Source of the DNA: Paramoeba atlantica
Taxonomy: Eukaryota > Protista > Discosea
NCBI GenBank assembly: GCA_977017575.1
Contig: CDRNVI010000049.1
Location: forward strand, 445,917-509,916
Direction of reading: 5' to 3'
DNA length: 64,000 nucleotides
A program made the translations under genes and the position numbers. Of the stretch, positions 53,135-64,000 are shown piece by piece (position 1 is the first letter of the stretch; the number at the start of each line of letters is the position of its first letter). A model generated the notes under the pieces. The model was not told the origin of the DNA. It saw only the letters and a list, made by a program, of their open reading frames with translations, and searched no databases.

Positions 53135-54694
53135 GGCAGTGAAAATGTAGTCAAAATTAACTTTTTTATCAAAACGGTTTGTTTGTATTTTAAGACTAAA
53201 AAAAAAAAATTTAGTCGGTGTTATAATATTGCAACGAGTAAAAGCAGTTGTATTACGGCGCATGTTGCAGTCTTGACAGGTCTAGTTGAGAAAATTCAGA
53301 GCACAGTAAAACGGCATCATCTTCGTCTGCATTCATTTCTTTCATCAGAAAAAAAAATATGTGTTTGCACCGATTTCCTCGACGGCCGTCAGGGCAGGAG
53401 CATCGCGCTCCATCCTTTCCAACATAAATTGTATACGTTCGTTCGGTGTCGCCTTCAACTTGATGCTTATATTCCCCCATTTCGGTTTTGCCATATCTTC
53501 TTTTGAGTTTAATGTGTTCGTGCATGGCACGGCCAAGTCTTGTACAAGGCGCCTCTTCATCACTGTCACCTGAATTGCTTCCATCGCCGTCGCTTACAGT
53601 TTCCGGATGACCGGTTGGGATGGTTTCGTCCTCATCCGTCGCTGTTGAGGCCATGTGCGTTGAGTTTCTATGCAGAACCTGCATTAAGTTTTGAAACATG
53701 TGTGCTCGAGGAGTCTTAAAAAATACCGTGCGCAGAAGCCGTGCACGACTTTCACATTTGGTCAACGAACGTCCCCACGTAGAGAAATATCGATGGCAAT
53801 GCTGTTTCAAAACTGCATGCGCCGATTCTGCATTGTGTGGAGCGTGAAATCGGGAGAGTACTCGCGAGCAAATCCATCAGCATGACAAATTGTATAGTGT
53901 CGACAAAAGGCGTCAGCAACTTTGTACGCGCGCCATTCATCAGTAATTACTACGGAATTTCGTCCCCGGATGACGGATTGAATAAATCCATGGCAAACTT
54001 CTTTCGTACGTCGCAGGGTTGCCTTCCAAAACGTTTGAATAGAATCCCCGCTTGACGGGTTCACTTCCGTTGCCGTCATGAACCAAAACTTTTGTTTTCG
54101 AACACGCCTTCCTCGATGATGAAGCCACTTCCCGATATACGTTTCATCCACCATTACAAAGTTCATGAGATATAGAAAACGTGTTCGATGTTGGAAAGAT
54201 CGTTCGTCACTGCACGCAAGGATCGACCAAGAAGTAAAGCGATAGCATTTGGTAAATTGCCCTGCGCTATCAGCATCCATGTACGAAAAGTGCTGGTTAG
54301 GTCTTTTACACGATGTAAAAAATGACCAAATTCTGGAATTTTCCTGCGACATTGAGTGCCATCCGACAGCCTCTTATAGCAAACCTTCCCGTGAGGTACT
54401 ACATTACATCGGGGGCAAGGCGTTTGTGAACCAAAAGCATGAGCACGAAGCCAATAAACGATATTTTCTTCCGTGACGCTTAATATCGATGTAACAACCA
54501 AAAGACACGAAAAAGTTGAGCAACCGGGACAATCCATCACGATGAAAATATGTAAAGTTTTATGTAAACAAAACACCATACTCAACTAAAGGGGCATCAA
54601 AAAGCTTAAAAAACAGAAATTTTTTCGTCCGCAGATAAAAAAAGGATTAATTTTTCAAACTCAAACAAAAAAATTTGACTACATTTTCACTGCC
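53135..54694 (-). mobile_element. Merlin/IS1595-like transposon with a SWIM-finger cargo ORF
   Basis: 21-bp perfect TIR GGCAGTGAAAATGTAGTCAAA. Frameshifted transposase 54585-53807 (CPRC..C, MVDETYIGK, VITDEWRAY, HYTICH, HTMQN). No TSD found. Confidence 0.85.
53253..53699 (-). CDS. SWIM zinc-finger protein
   Basis: TYTIYVG...RCSCPDGRRGNRCKHIFF (CxC-x8-CxH). First ATG at 53699. Confidence 0.8.
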   Translation of the reverse strand: MFQNLMQVLHRNSTHMASTATDEDETIPTGHPETVSDGDGSNSGDSDEEAPCTRLGRAMHEHIKLKRRYGKTEMGEYKHQVEGDTERTYTIYVGKDGARCSCPDGRRGNRCKHIFFFLMKEMNADEDDAVLLCSEFSQLDLSRLQHAP

Positions 54695-54926
54695 TTTATC
54701 CCCTTTTTTCTCTCCGGAAAGAGAAGAAATAAAGGAAGTAAAAAGATTAAATAATTCAGTTGTGCTCAGTCCTGTCACTGCTGGCTGCTTCGCGTTAAGA
54801 AAGCATTTTTGGAAAATTTTGTGGAAGCTTTTTGCGGGTTTGAAGAGGCGCTCGCATTCCCGACATTTACGTTTGGGAAATTCCCAAGACGATATGTGGT
54901 AGGGTGAGAGAACAATAATAAAAAAA

Positions 54927-54959
54927 CAACAAGGTACAGAAACTGTATCTTTATCGTTA
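54927..54959 (-). other. SL-exon relic without donor site
   Basis: TAACGATAAAGATACAGTTTCTGTACCTTGTTG followed by TTTTTTATT rather than GT. Confidence 0.8.
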
Positions 54960-55306
54960 AAGATCTTCTTACACTATATTATTTAAATAGCGATTTAAAT
55001 AATATACCGTTCCCCGGGTTATTATTCTTCCATACGTTTTTTTATTGGATTCATGAAGGAGTTGTTGGAAATATAAATTAGTTTCGTAAAATTTTGTGTC
55101 GTAAAAATTAGTGTGCTTTTAATTAGCGTCATTTTCTCGACCGACACCAATTGAAAATACACTAATTTTTACGAGCACTGTATGCCAATCCAATTGTTTG
55201 GTGGAATTAAAGCAATTTCCGATTTCTATAAAAGCAAAATAACCTCACGAATCATATTGTCATGAATTATCTTACTTTGCTGAAGTATTTTTTTGGCATT
55301 TTCTAA

Positions 55307-56523
55307 CAGGGTTCGCGGAAACTTTAATAAAGTAAAATTAAGTCTTTTTTTGCGAATAAAGTTACTATATAGTACTTTATTGACTTTATTTTACTATAAA
55401 ACTTTAAAAAACTTATTTTTCTTTTTTCAAAAAAAGCAACAGAATACGGCTGCCTAGTGGAACAGTGGGCTTTACTGACGGGTGGCGCGGCAAAAAATGT
55501 GGCGGGGCAATAATCTGGAGTGTAGAAGACTCCACGAAAGGTTTCGGGAAAGGCCTACTGAAACTTGGACAGGGTGAACAGATGTAGGCGATTCCGTTTT
55601 CTTCTGCAGTCATGATCAAGCCCTTCTTGATTCCTGCTCCGGCATCTGACACTAGGCGCGTAACAAAAATTCTCTCGGAACGAAGTTCCACTAAAACTTG
55701 TTCAAGTAAACTTTTGAAGGAGGGGGCATCAATGGAAGACATTGGCTTAATAGTCCAACACATTGATGTACCTTTGCACACTAGGGTCACGGCACACATT
55801 GTACGATGATGGATCGTTGAAGTATCCATACATACGCTCACATCTGAAAATTTGAAACCGAATTCGATGCATGTCTTTGTACGCGCTTGCCCCGCGTACT
55901 CTACAATTAGTTCGTCCATCTTTTCTCTTCGAGGTGGAGTGGAGCATAAACCTCGCATGATTTTATTTCGAAAAGGCGAATGCTCAAGAGCGGAGCTTGG
56001 GATCCCACACTGTGATTTCCAGATAATCATATCTTTATGATGTTCTGGTGAAGCAGCCTGTGGTGATATATTAATTGTTGGGTTTTCACGGCGGCGCTTT
56101 TCCTGTTGTTCCCTAGCCCAGACGTCGTAACTCTTATCATGTTTTAGCAGGTGTTTTTCTGGGGCCATATAGTCGGTCTGCATACCTCTGGCGATCAAAA
56201 AGCGTTTACGTCCACCTTCAGGACACAACTTACACTCTGCTACTTTCTGGTCTCCTTCAGCGCTCTTCATTTCAACGAAAAATTCCTTGCAGAACTTTGC
56301 TCGGGTGAGTTTATCCATAGGAAATGGAAAGTAGAAAGATGAATGAGACAGTAAATACAAGATTATGTACATAGGATGTGTACGTTCAAAAAGTAAATGT
56401 GCTAAAGAGCCGTCAGCCTCCTTAAAAAGTGAATGGGAAAAATAAAGTAAAATAAAGTTTTTTTAAAAAAATAAGTTACTATAAAGTACTTTATTTAAAG
56501 TTTTAAAGTTTCCGCGAACCCTG
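55307..56523 (-). mobile_element. hAT transposon, internally deleted
   Basis: TIR CAGGGTTCGCGGAAACTTTAA and perfect 8-bp TSD TTTTCTAA. The ORF from ATG 56318 has a BED finger (CKLC...HLLKH), VCMDTST and LVSDAGAG. Confidence 0.92.
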
Positions 56524-56748
56524 TTTTCTAATGCCCTGCGGGGGATGCTCGGTTTTCCTGACAAAAAAGAGCTCACTTTGAGCAAGGTTTCTGTGGACCG
56601 AGGAGGATTGTGTGCAGTGGCTGAAAAATCCAAAACTTCCTTGAAATCGTTCCCGATCGAACTTCTGGTATAATGGTCCCAAAGGTTAAGGAAGCAGTAG
56701 TTATTAAAGCCGCAAGGATTAAAGCTAAAAAAATGGGAAAGAATGCTA

Positions 56749-58924
56749 AAGGGGGGGTACACCCACTATTGGCAATCACTCACTCTTGGAAATCACCCAC
56801 TACTGGCAAACTCACCCACTATTGGTAATCACCCACTATTGGCAAATATTTAATTACCGCAAAATTTGTTAAGATGGAATTTCTAAATGTACATTAGTAG
56901 CAACTATTGGACACCTTAAAGGCTGCGGCCATAAAGGAATATTAAATTATGAATTAAGTGATAACTCGGGTGATATCGGTGTAGAAGTGTACTCTGACAT
57001 CGAAAGTGATTTTGCATGCGATTTCGAAGATGACAAGAAATGTCACAACGATTTTCCTCCTACCTTACACCCCACAGTAAGAGATCCTCCAGTGAGAGAG
57101 ATTTGGCTCGGGAGCCTCCACAGGAGGCGTATACATGGGGGGCCACGAAAACTGACAAGGTCCGCATTTTAGCGTCCTGAGGCCGTTTGAGCTGATTTTT
57201 GTTGCAAACGAGAGATCTCGTTCTGAATATCGTGTCTACGCTATTTGGAGCCCGTTTCTGCTAATCAAAAAAAAAATTTACCAAATTTTGAAATTTTGGG
57301 CAAAATATTTTGCAAAAAGTATCGAAAAACGTAAAAAAGGCTATTTTTTCTTCTTTTTACCTTACTATGGGCAAACGGAATAGACTAAACCGTCGCCAGC
57401 TATCACCAGAACAGTGTTCATATCCTGTGCGCATTGTCTGCGCACACGAAAGACACCGTGGGACATCTATTCCGGATACGGCACGTATGATGAACTGTTC
57501 AGAGAGCTCTGTCTCTCGGTACAAAGCGCGTTTCGATGAGTCAGGTGACGTGGCACGTGCACCCTACTCGCGCGATAACGGCGTTGATACGGAGGAGTTC
57601 CGAGCCATGCTCTGTGCTATTGTTGATGCTGAGCGAGACACACAATTCGGGTGTCCGGGGTTTAAATGGGAACATAAGAGAGTGGAAAAAGTACTTTATC
57701 CATGTAGTCTAAACACCGTGAAACGGAGTTTGAAAAAGATGGGATACGTGATTAAGACGATGTCGCACAAGTCTTTTTTAACAGCTGAGCACAAGGCTGC
57801 TAGACTACAACTTGCTGATTACTTTGAGGGATTCAGCCCAGATCAGCTGTCCCGTGTGGTATGGTGTGACGAGAAGATTTTCCGATGTGGTTCACATGGG
57901 AAAAAAATCACATATCTTGCAAAAATCACTGACCCCCCTAAGGAAACACCAGTAGAAATGGATAGGTGGTACGGGAGGAAGGGAGTGCATGTATTCATGG
58001 CAACCAGTCTGCGTTGGGAAGTGCCCGATGCGTGTTTCCACGAGTTTTCCTAGAATGAAACCGTAACAAACGAAGTTTTTCTGAGAACAATGAAGAAGCG
58101 AAATGGGGTTTTTAACTGGATGCATCGGCGGCCGGGGGCTGCTGTTGTCCTTGACAATGCGCCAGGGCACGGGGCAGCCCGGAGAATAGGTAAGCTGGAA
58201 GGAATTAAAATTATTGACTGGCCTTAGAAATCTCCTGATCTCAATTTGATTGAGAATTTGTGGAGTATGATGGATAAGTACATCCACACCCATCTTCGTC
58301 CGAAAAATCGAACGGAATTGCAAGCTGCTATTCCTAAGGCGAAGGACTACTTGTTGGCAGAGTGTCACGAGGCGTATGTGAACACGTTACAGAGTCTTCC
58401 CACACGCCTCGCTACTCTACGTGAGCGTGGAGGTGGGAATACTGGATATTAAGACTTAGTTTCTACCGCGAAAGGCCAAAAATTACTATTTTGCGCTCTT
58501 TTTTCAATTTGCAAAATCTCAAAAATTTCAGTTTTTCGACCCATGGGAAAGGCTTGCTTTCATCAGTTTTTGTATTCTAAATGAGCGTTTTTGTATTTTA
58601 AATAGCGTAGACACGATATTCAGAACGAGATCTCTCGTTTGCAACAAAAATCAGCTCAAACTGCCTCAGGACGCTAAAATGCGGACCTTGTCAGTTTTCG
58701 TGGCCCCCCCTGTATGGCGTAGGGGGTGGGTGTCCGCACGTCGGGGGCCTTCGGGGGTTTTCAGTACAAGAAATAGAACAATTTGTCGAAATCGTTGCGG
58801 TAAAAGAGGAATTTTGAATGCGTTTGTAAAACCCCTTTGTCCAAGAATGAGTGATCTGAATTAAAAATCACCCACTATTGGCAAAAACGTTTTTGCCAAT
58901 AGTGGGTGATTTTTACCCCCCCTT
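56749..58924. mobile_element. AAGGGGGG-type MITE with a nested Tc1
   Basis: TA-AAGGGGGGG..CACCCACTATTGGC and GCCAATAGTGGGTG...CCCCCCCTT-TA. Confidence 0.8.
57134..58712 (+). mobile_element. Tc1-like transposon (DD32E), frameshift plus in-frame stop
   Basis: ~115-bp TIRs and TA TSD. ATG 57367 to 58452, with VWCDEK and DNAPGH...SPDLNLIE. Confidence 0.92.
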
Positions 58925-59030
58925 TATAAAAATATACATAGTATATATGCATAGTATACATAGTATACATTATTGTATACATTATTGTATACATAGTATA
59001 CAATACAATACTATAGTATACAATACATAG

Positions 59031-60363
59031 TATACTATACGATAAGGATGACGCTTAAGCATCATGAAGGCTTTCTTTATTGCCTTCCGGAGCTGTGTTT
59101 CAGACTCTGGCTTCAGAATTTCTTTCACAATTCGGTCCATAATTGACCAAACATTCTCGATCGGATTGAGGTCAGGAGAGAGTGCTGGCCACTCCAATCG
59201 AGTAATTCCTTTTTCGAAAAGGACACGCTTCGTTTTGTTATGCGTGGCCGCATTGTCCATTTGCACAATCGCTTGTTCTCTATTTTCAACTAAATATTCA
59301 AAAATACCCCCCCTTTTTGAAAGACACTCAACGAGAATCGTTTCACCCTTCACGGAACTTACATCCCTAATTTTTTTACCTTGCGATTGGGATGAAAACA
59401 AATGCAAAAAAGGGCCGTGTTTCACACTGATTCCCATCCATACTATGACACCTTTACCACCAAACCATCGGTTGTTTCTCCCCATTTTAATTTTGGTACA
59501 TCCTTTCTTTCCGATAAAAAAGCGAGAGTAAGTCTTTGAACCACATGTAAATTTTTTTTCGTCCGTCCAAATTATAGAATCTAATTTTTCTTTGGGAAAG
59601 GACAATAAAGACTCTGCTAGACTTAAGCGGGCCTCTTTGTGATGTTGCTTTAACTCGCAGCTAGGTGCTTTTGCTTGTAGTAGGTAATTTAATGAACGTA
59701 GAGTTTTCTTAATTGTGCTTAGAGAGCAATGAAACCCCTTTTTAATCATTTCGTTATGTACCCAAGGAAAGGATGGGCAGCCATCGATTGTTTTGTTAGC
59801 ATCGTCAACAACTTTGACGAGTGCCGCCCTGAATGGCTTCGTAGACACAGAGAAACCAGGGCCTTGGTGGGGTTTGGGTTCTAGTGGACTTTTAGACTTC
59901 CACGTAGACAGAATTTCACGGACAGTCTTTCTGTCCCTGCCAAAACTTTTAGCTAAAGTATGAATCGAATTTCCTTTTCTATATTGGCGGACAATTTCAA
60001 GGCGCTCTGGGAGTGCACATCGCGAAGTTTTATGGGTAATAGGGGGTGTCTTGTTTTTCGGCGAGTTGGAGTACTGACCTTTAGTAGATTTAACGGGGGT
60101 ATCCCTCAAATTCATAGAATAAGAAACCATATTTGATAAAAAACTCCTAATTTTTTGAAATATTGGATTTTTTTTGTTAAAATTATGCTATTTTTTCGTG
60201 TGCTTTCAAAATTTTTTGTGACCCAGGGGGGGTGATGGGCAAAAAAACGACGGGAAACGCTCTACTTTATCGAGATCTGTTGAATGCCGAAGGAATTATG
60301 TCAAAAGCTCTTACGGTGTGCTCAGGAGCCTGGGGGGGGGGGGGGGAACCAGTACCTGGACTG
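59031..60363 (-). mobile_element. Tc1-like transposon (DD32E), near-complete ORF, 3' end truncated
   Basis: WTDEKKF and QMDNAATH...WPALSPDLNPIE in ORF 58982-60130. The TIR end ...TACCTGGACTG-TA is at 60363. The last codons read into a TATAG microsatellite. Confidence 0.92.
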
Positions 60364-60396
60364 TACAATAGGAAGGAGTATTCCATATGGTATATA

Positions 60397-61183
60397 CAGT
60401 CCAGGTACTGGTTTCCCCCCCCAGGCTCCAGAACACACTGTAAGAGCTTTTGACCTAATTCCTTCGGAATTCAAAAGACCTCGAAAAACTGGAGCGTTTC
60501 CCACCGTTTGTTTGCCTATCACCCCCTCCTGGGTCAAAATTATTTAGAAAAAATACGAAAAAATAGCACAATTTTACTAAAAAATCCCAATTTTTCAAAA
60601 ATTTGATTTTTTTATTTTCAAATATGGTTTCTCATTCTATGAATTTGAGGGATACTCCCGTGAAATCTACTAAAGACCAGTACTAAAGGACAGTACAACT
60701 CGCCGAAAAGCAAGATACCCCCTATTACCCATAAAACGTCACGATGTGCACTCCCAGAGCGCATTGACCAAATTGTTAAGGAAAATTTGAAACCAGAGCC
60801 TGAAAAACAGCTCCGGAAGGCGCTAAAGAAAGCCTTTATGATGCTTAAGCGTCATCCTTATGGACGCCAATTCTTAATTTGTATGAATTCAGTTCCTAAA
60901 CGCTTGCGAATTGTGCGGAGCGTTCAAGGAGACCATTGTAGGTATTAACATATAGGAATCTATACACATTTTTTTCTTTTTTCCCCCTCTCAAAAATATT
61001 TCTTTTTTTGAAATTTGCCAACTTTCACCACGCCCACTTAGGACCTAGGGGGGTGATAGGCAAAGCAACTGTGGGAAACGCACTAGTTTTTCGAGATCTG
61101 TCGAATGCCGAAGGAATTAGGCCAAAAGCTCTTGCGGCGCGCTCTGGAGCCTGGGGGGGGGGGGGGAACCAATACCTGGACTG
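60397..61183 (+). mobile_element. Internally deleted copy of the 59031-60363 element, head-to-head
   Basis: TA-CAGTCCAGGTA...TACCTGGACTG-TA. Retains the true C-terminus KRHPYGRQFLICMNSVPKRL. Confidence 0.9.
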
Positions 61184-61241
61184 TATATGGAAATTTAAAA
61201 AAAGCCTAAATTTGCTTGAATTTAACCAATTTTTTCTCGTA

Positions 61242-62063
61242 CTGTCCCCCCCACTTAAGCGCAACCAGGTTTTGGCCTAAAATTGCGCATAAGTAGTCGG
61301 GTCAAAAAGAAGGGGTGAAAAAAAAATTTCGCGGCGCGTGTTTAAATCATGAATTATAGACGCGGCGTGCCCTGGGGGCTGCTTTTTATATACCATCCCC
61401 CCTATCCTAGCGTGGCTGGGGTGGGATGAAATGCAACGCTAGGAGGGGGGCAAAAACTCGTGCCGAAGAATTGCTAAGCCGAAGATGTTGTGGGATTACT
61501 GAGGAACATTTTCAAAAAAATCGCTGTTCACGGTACATTTTTACCATAGCTTCGCGGTAAGAGACAGTCTAAAAAGCAACACTAATGAGGGGGGCTAACG
61601 AGGCAGCGCTAGGATAGGGGGGATAGTACTGTACCCCCCCCCCTAGTTATCTGTCACAACATTCCGTGGAAAGGTGACAGATAAATAAGGTGACAGATGT
61701 AAGTAGGGGGGGTAAGTTTAGTTTTAAGATTTTTTTTGGAAAACAATACCTAAGACAAAAGCGTACAGTACGTGGCAGCAGAGCTCCTCTGATGAACAGT
61801 ACAGTATAGTATGCAAAGACTCGCCGTACAGATCGGTGGAGGTCAGTGTGGATCAGAGGAGATCGCTGGAGATCGATGATCATTTTTGAACCTCCAAAGG
61901 GACTACCTGCAGACTCTCCATTTCAATAGCGGCGAAAATTGGTACTAAAATTCGTACCACAAAAAAAAATCGCGCCGCTTTGCGGCGCTGTTCTTCTGGA
62001 CGATGCGTCAAAATTGCGCTTAAGTGGCCGGGTCAAACGGTTGCGCATAAGTAGGGGGGACAG
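61242..62063. mobile_element. Composite CTGTCCCCCC-family MITE with nested small elements
   Basis: TA-CTGTCCCCCCCACTTAAGCGCA and TGCGCATAAGTAGGGGGGACAG-TA. Inner IR CCATCCCCCTATCCTAGCG at about 61393 and 61627. Confidence 0.7.
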
Positions 62064-62166
62064 TAACAGTTTCCGGCTGAGGTCAAAACGAGATCACGCG
62101 AGATCATGTCAGATCACAACTCATTAGGCGGTGTTAATTCCTTTCGTATTCAAGAAATGGAGGAAA

Positions 62167-63832
62167 TCACGGTACATGAAGAGTAAAGTCAGATATGTCA
62201 AGCAAAGATTGCTGAAGCACGCAGGAGTACACCCATTCCACGTCCACCAAAGGCATATTTACTTGAGAATATGCACTGACAATCCTTTTCGTCCTCTTAG
62301 AATATCTTTTGCCTTCTGTATCTGATTTCACTGCAGAACTTCCTTCATTAGTGTGAAGAGACATCAGATCTGAGAGTATAGATTTGTATTCTTTTTTTGT
62401 GCAGACAGCGCAGAATATATCCCTTCGGTTTAATTCGCTAATGTTTTGCGCAACGCGGGCTCCTCCGGATAAAAGAACCTGCTTAATGTCATTTCCTGGA
62501 TTCTGGTCCTGGGGAACAACTCTACAAGAAACAAATATTATTTTATCTGAAAATAATGTACGCGCAGAAGTTTGCAACGCGCGTGCAATCTGTACTTTTT
62601 TGGAAAGATTGAACTTCCATTTCCGTTCTAGGTCTGTATCTCGTAGCTCGTAGGGTACTAGGTTACTTATAAATCTACCCTGCTTAATGCAGTCCATAAT
62701 CCATTGCTTTCTTAAAATGTTTAATCCAAGGTTTATCGCGCAAAGAAACCTTATTGTACGCTTTGGTGGTTCGCACATCACCACATGAGAGACTCCAGAA
62801 AACCTCATCCAACAATGCATAGAAGGATTATAGTGCGTATTGTCTTCCCATTTTTCGTTAAATAGAAGGCTACATGCGTTTATTCCCCTCAATTTCTTTT
62901 CATCCGCCTTTGTTAAAACAAATCCACTGATTTGAACTATTGGTCTTCCTTCGGAAATATGTAAATGTGGGACATTCGATATCGAGGCCTCTTCGGTACC
63001 GAGACATCTCTCTAAGGTGCGATTTGGTTTCGATTGGTTGTCGAGAGGTGCTTTTCTACACCTCGTACAATGCGAAAAGAGTGTCACTCTATCGTTCAGA
63101 TCGGGCGCGCATGTACGCGGATGATTCTTGTTCGCCAAACTATCACAAGAGATGTCTTGACATGTTTTTAGTTTCTTTTCGTTCCTTGAAGAAACCAGGG
63201 GAGGCGTAATATCTACATCGTTCCTGCTTACATGCGTCCCGGTTGCTCGACAAGGTTTGTTACAAGTTGATTTACTACTCGCGTGCTCGCATTGCGTCGT
63301 CATAGACGTTTCATCGATATTTACATCTCCGCGTTCTTTAAGGTTTCGTAAATGAGACTCGCACTGCGGAATGGGGAATACACTAATAGGGGGCAATGTA
63401 ATACATGTCATTCTATTTGGTTTAGAAGGATAGTAGTCGTATGCATCACGGTGTATTGTTAGAAAAGATGGCTCCTTGTGTGCAAGCATGAAAGATACTT
63501 GCGCGTCTTTGTCCATCTTTGTTAAATGCAGTAAAGGATGGTGTGACTCGGATATCATTTTTTCTGGGCGAATTACTTCGTCAGCAAAGATTTCATGAGA
63601 TTGTCTTTTGCTCTCAGTGAGATAAGTTCGAGGAAGATCCGAGAATTTCCGACTTCCCGTCTTGGATACTTCTATCTGCTCGCTCGTCTCGTCGTCAGTT
63701 GGTTCTTCATTCTCAATAGCTTCCAAAGGAGCGTTCACCTGAGAGGGCCATTGAGTGAGAGGCGAAGCAAGTTTGACACTCGCATAGTATTCCTGAAGTA
63801 CGTTTTTTAATATGGTTGTGCACTTGAGACAT
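62167..63832 (-). CDS. Tandem C-terminal BRCT protein (MDC1/PAXIP1-like)
   Basis: SHVVMCEPPKRTIRFLCAI...ILRKQWIMDC...PYELRD..LERKWKFNL...LFSDKIIFV...VDVEWVYSCVLQQ. Probable ATG at 63832 joins if one A is removed from the A6 run near 63803-63808. Confidence 0.85.
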
Positions 63833-64000
63833 CAACTAGTCACACTGTCAAAAGAAAAATACATTTTAATGATTTTATTAACTTACTCCCTGTGTAATAA
63901 AGTCACGCACGCCTTTGTCCCCTTTACTTACAAGTCTACCGTACCGTTTGTCGTATTTTTCCGCTATAAACCTAGGGACACGAATAGCGTTACCCCCCTT

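Noticed and set aside
58982-59035. Hydrophobic C-terminal tail on the Tc1 transposase
   Set aside because: It is read-through into a TATAGTATAC microsatellite after truncation. The true C-terminus is preserved in the 60397-61183 copy.

Overview
Eukaryotic nuclear DNA, most likely from a kinetoplastid (inference). The evidence is that every recognisable host gene is intronless and lies on the minus strand, as in a polycistronic unit, and four kinetoplastid spliced-leader (SL) exon-like sequences are present. The LRR family recalls Perkinsela-type genes, but the genus cannot be fixed from sequence alone. Host genes include ribosomal P2, a Nas2/PSMD9 N-domain protein, a histidine phosphatase, PIG-B, an LRR protein, a Hikeshi-like protein, RPC25, UDP-glucose dehydrogenase, a tandem-BRCT protein and several hypothetical proteins. 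They are embedded in a dense, nested set of mobile elements: Tc1/mariner (DD32E and DD35E), hAT, Merlin/IS1595-like, many MITEs and a CRE/SLACS-like RLE retrotransposon. The strongest candidate for a new system is an intact bacterial-type IS30 (DD33E) transposase in its own 2.27-kb element, with 49-bp TIRs, a GGC TSD, inverted 20-24-nt arrays and a downstream rod-like RNA. It is nested inside two eukaryotic-style TIR elements, and a second, divergent IS30 remnant lies nearby. Other highlights are HDV-like ribozyme folds carried inside DNA-transposon shells, a dispersed structured repeat headed by an SL exon plus splice donor, and tandem 2A-like motifs upstream of the CRE-type RT. Several frameshifts in conserved genes fall in homopolymer runs and are probably sequencing errors. 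All RNA folds and alignments were made by eye, not computed.
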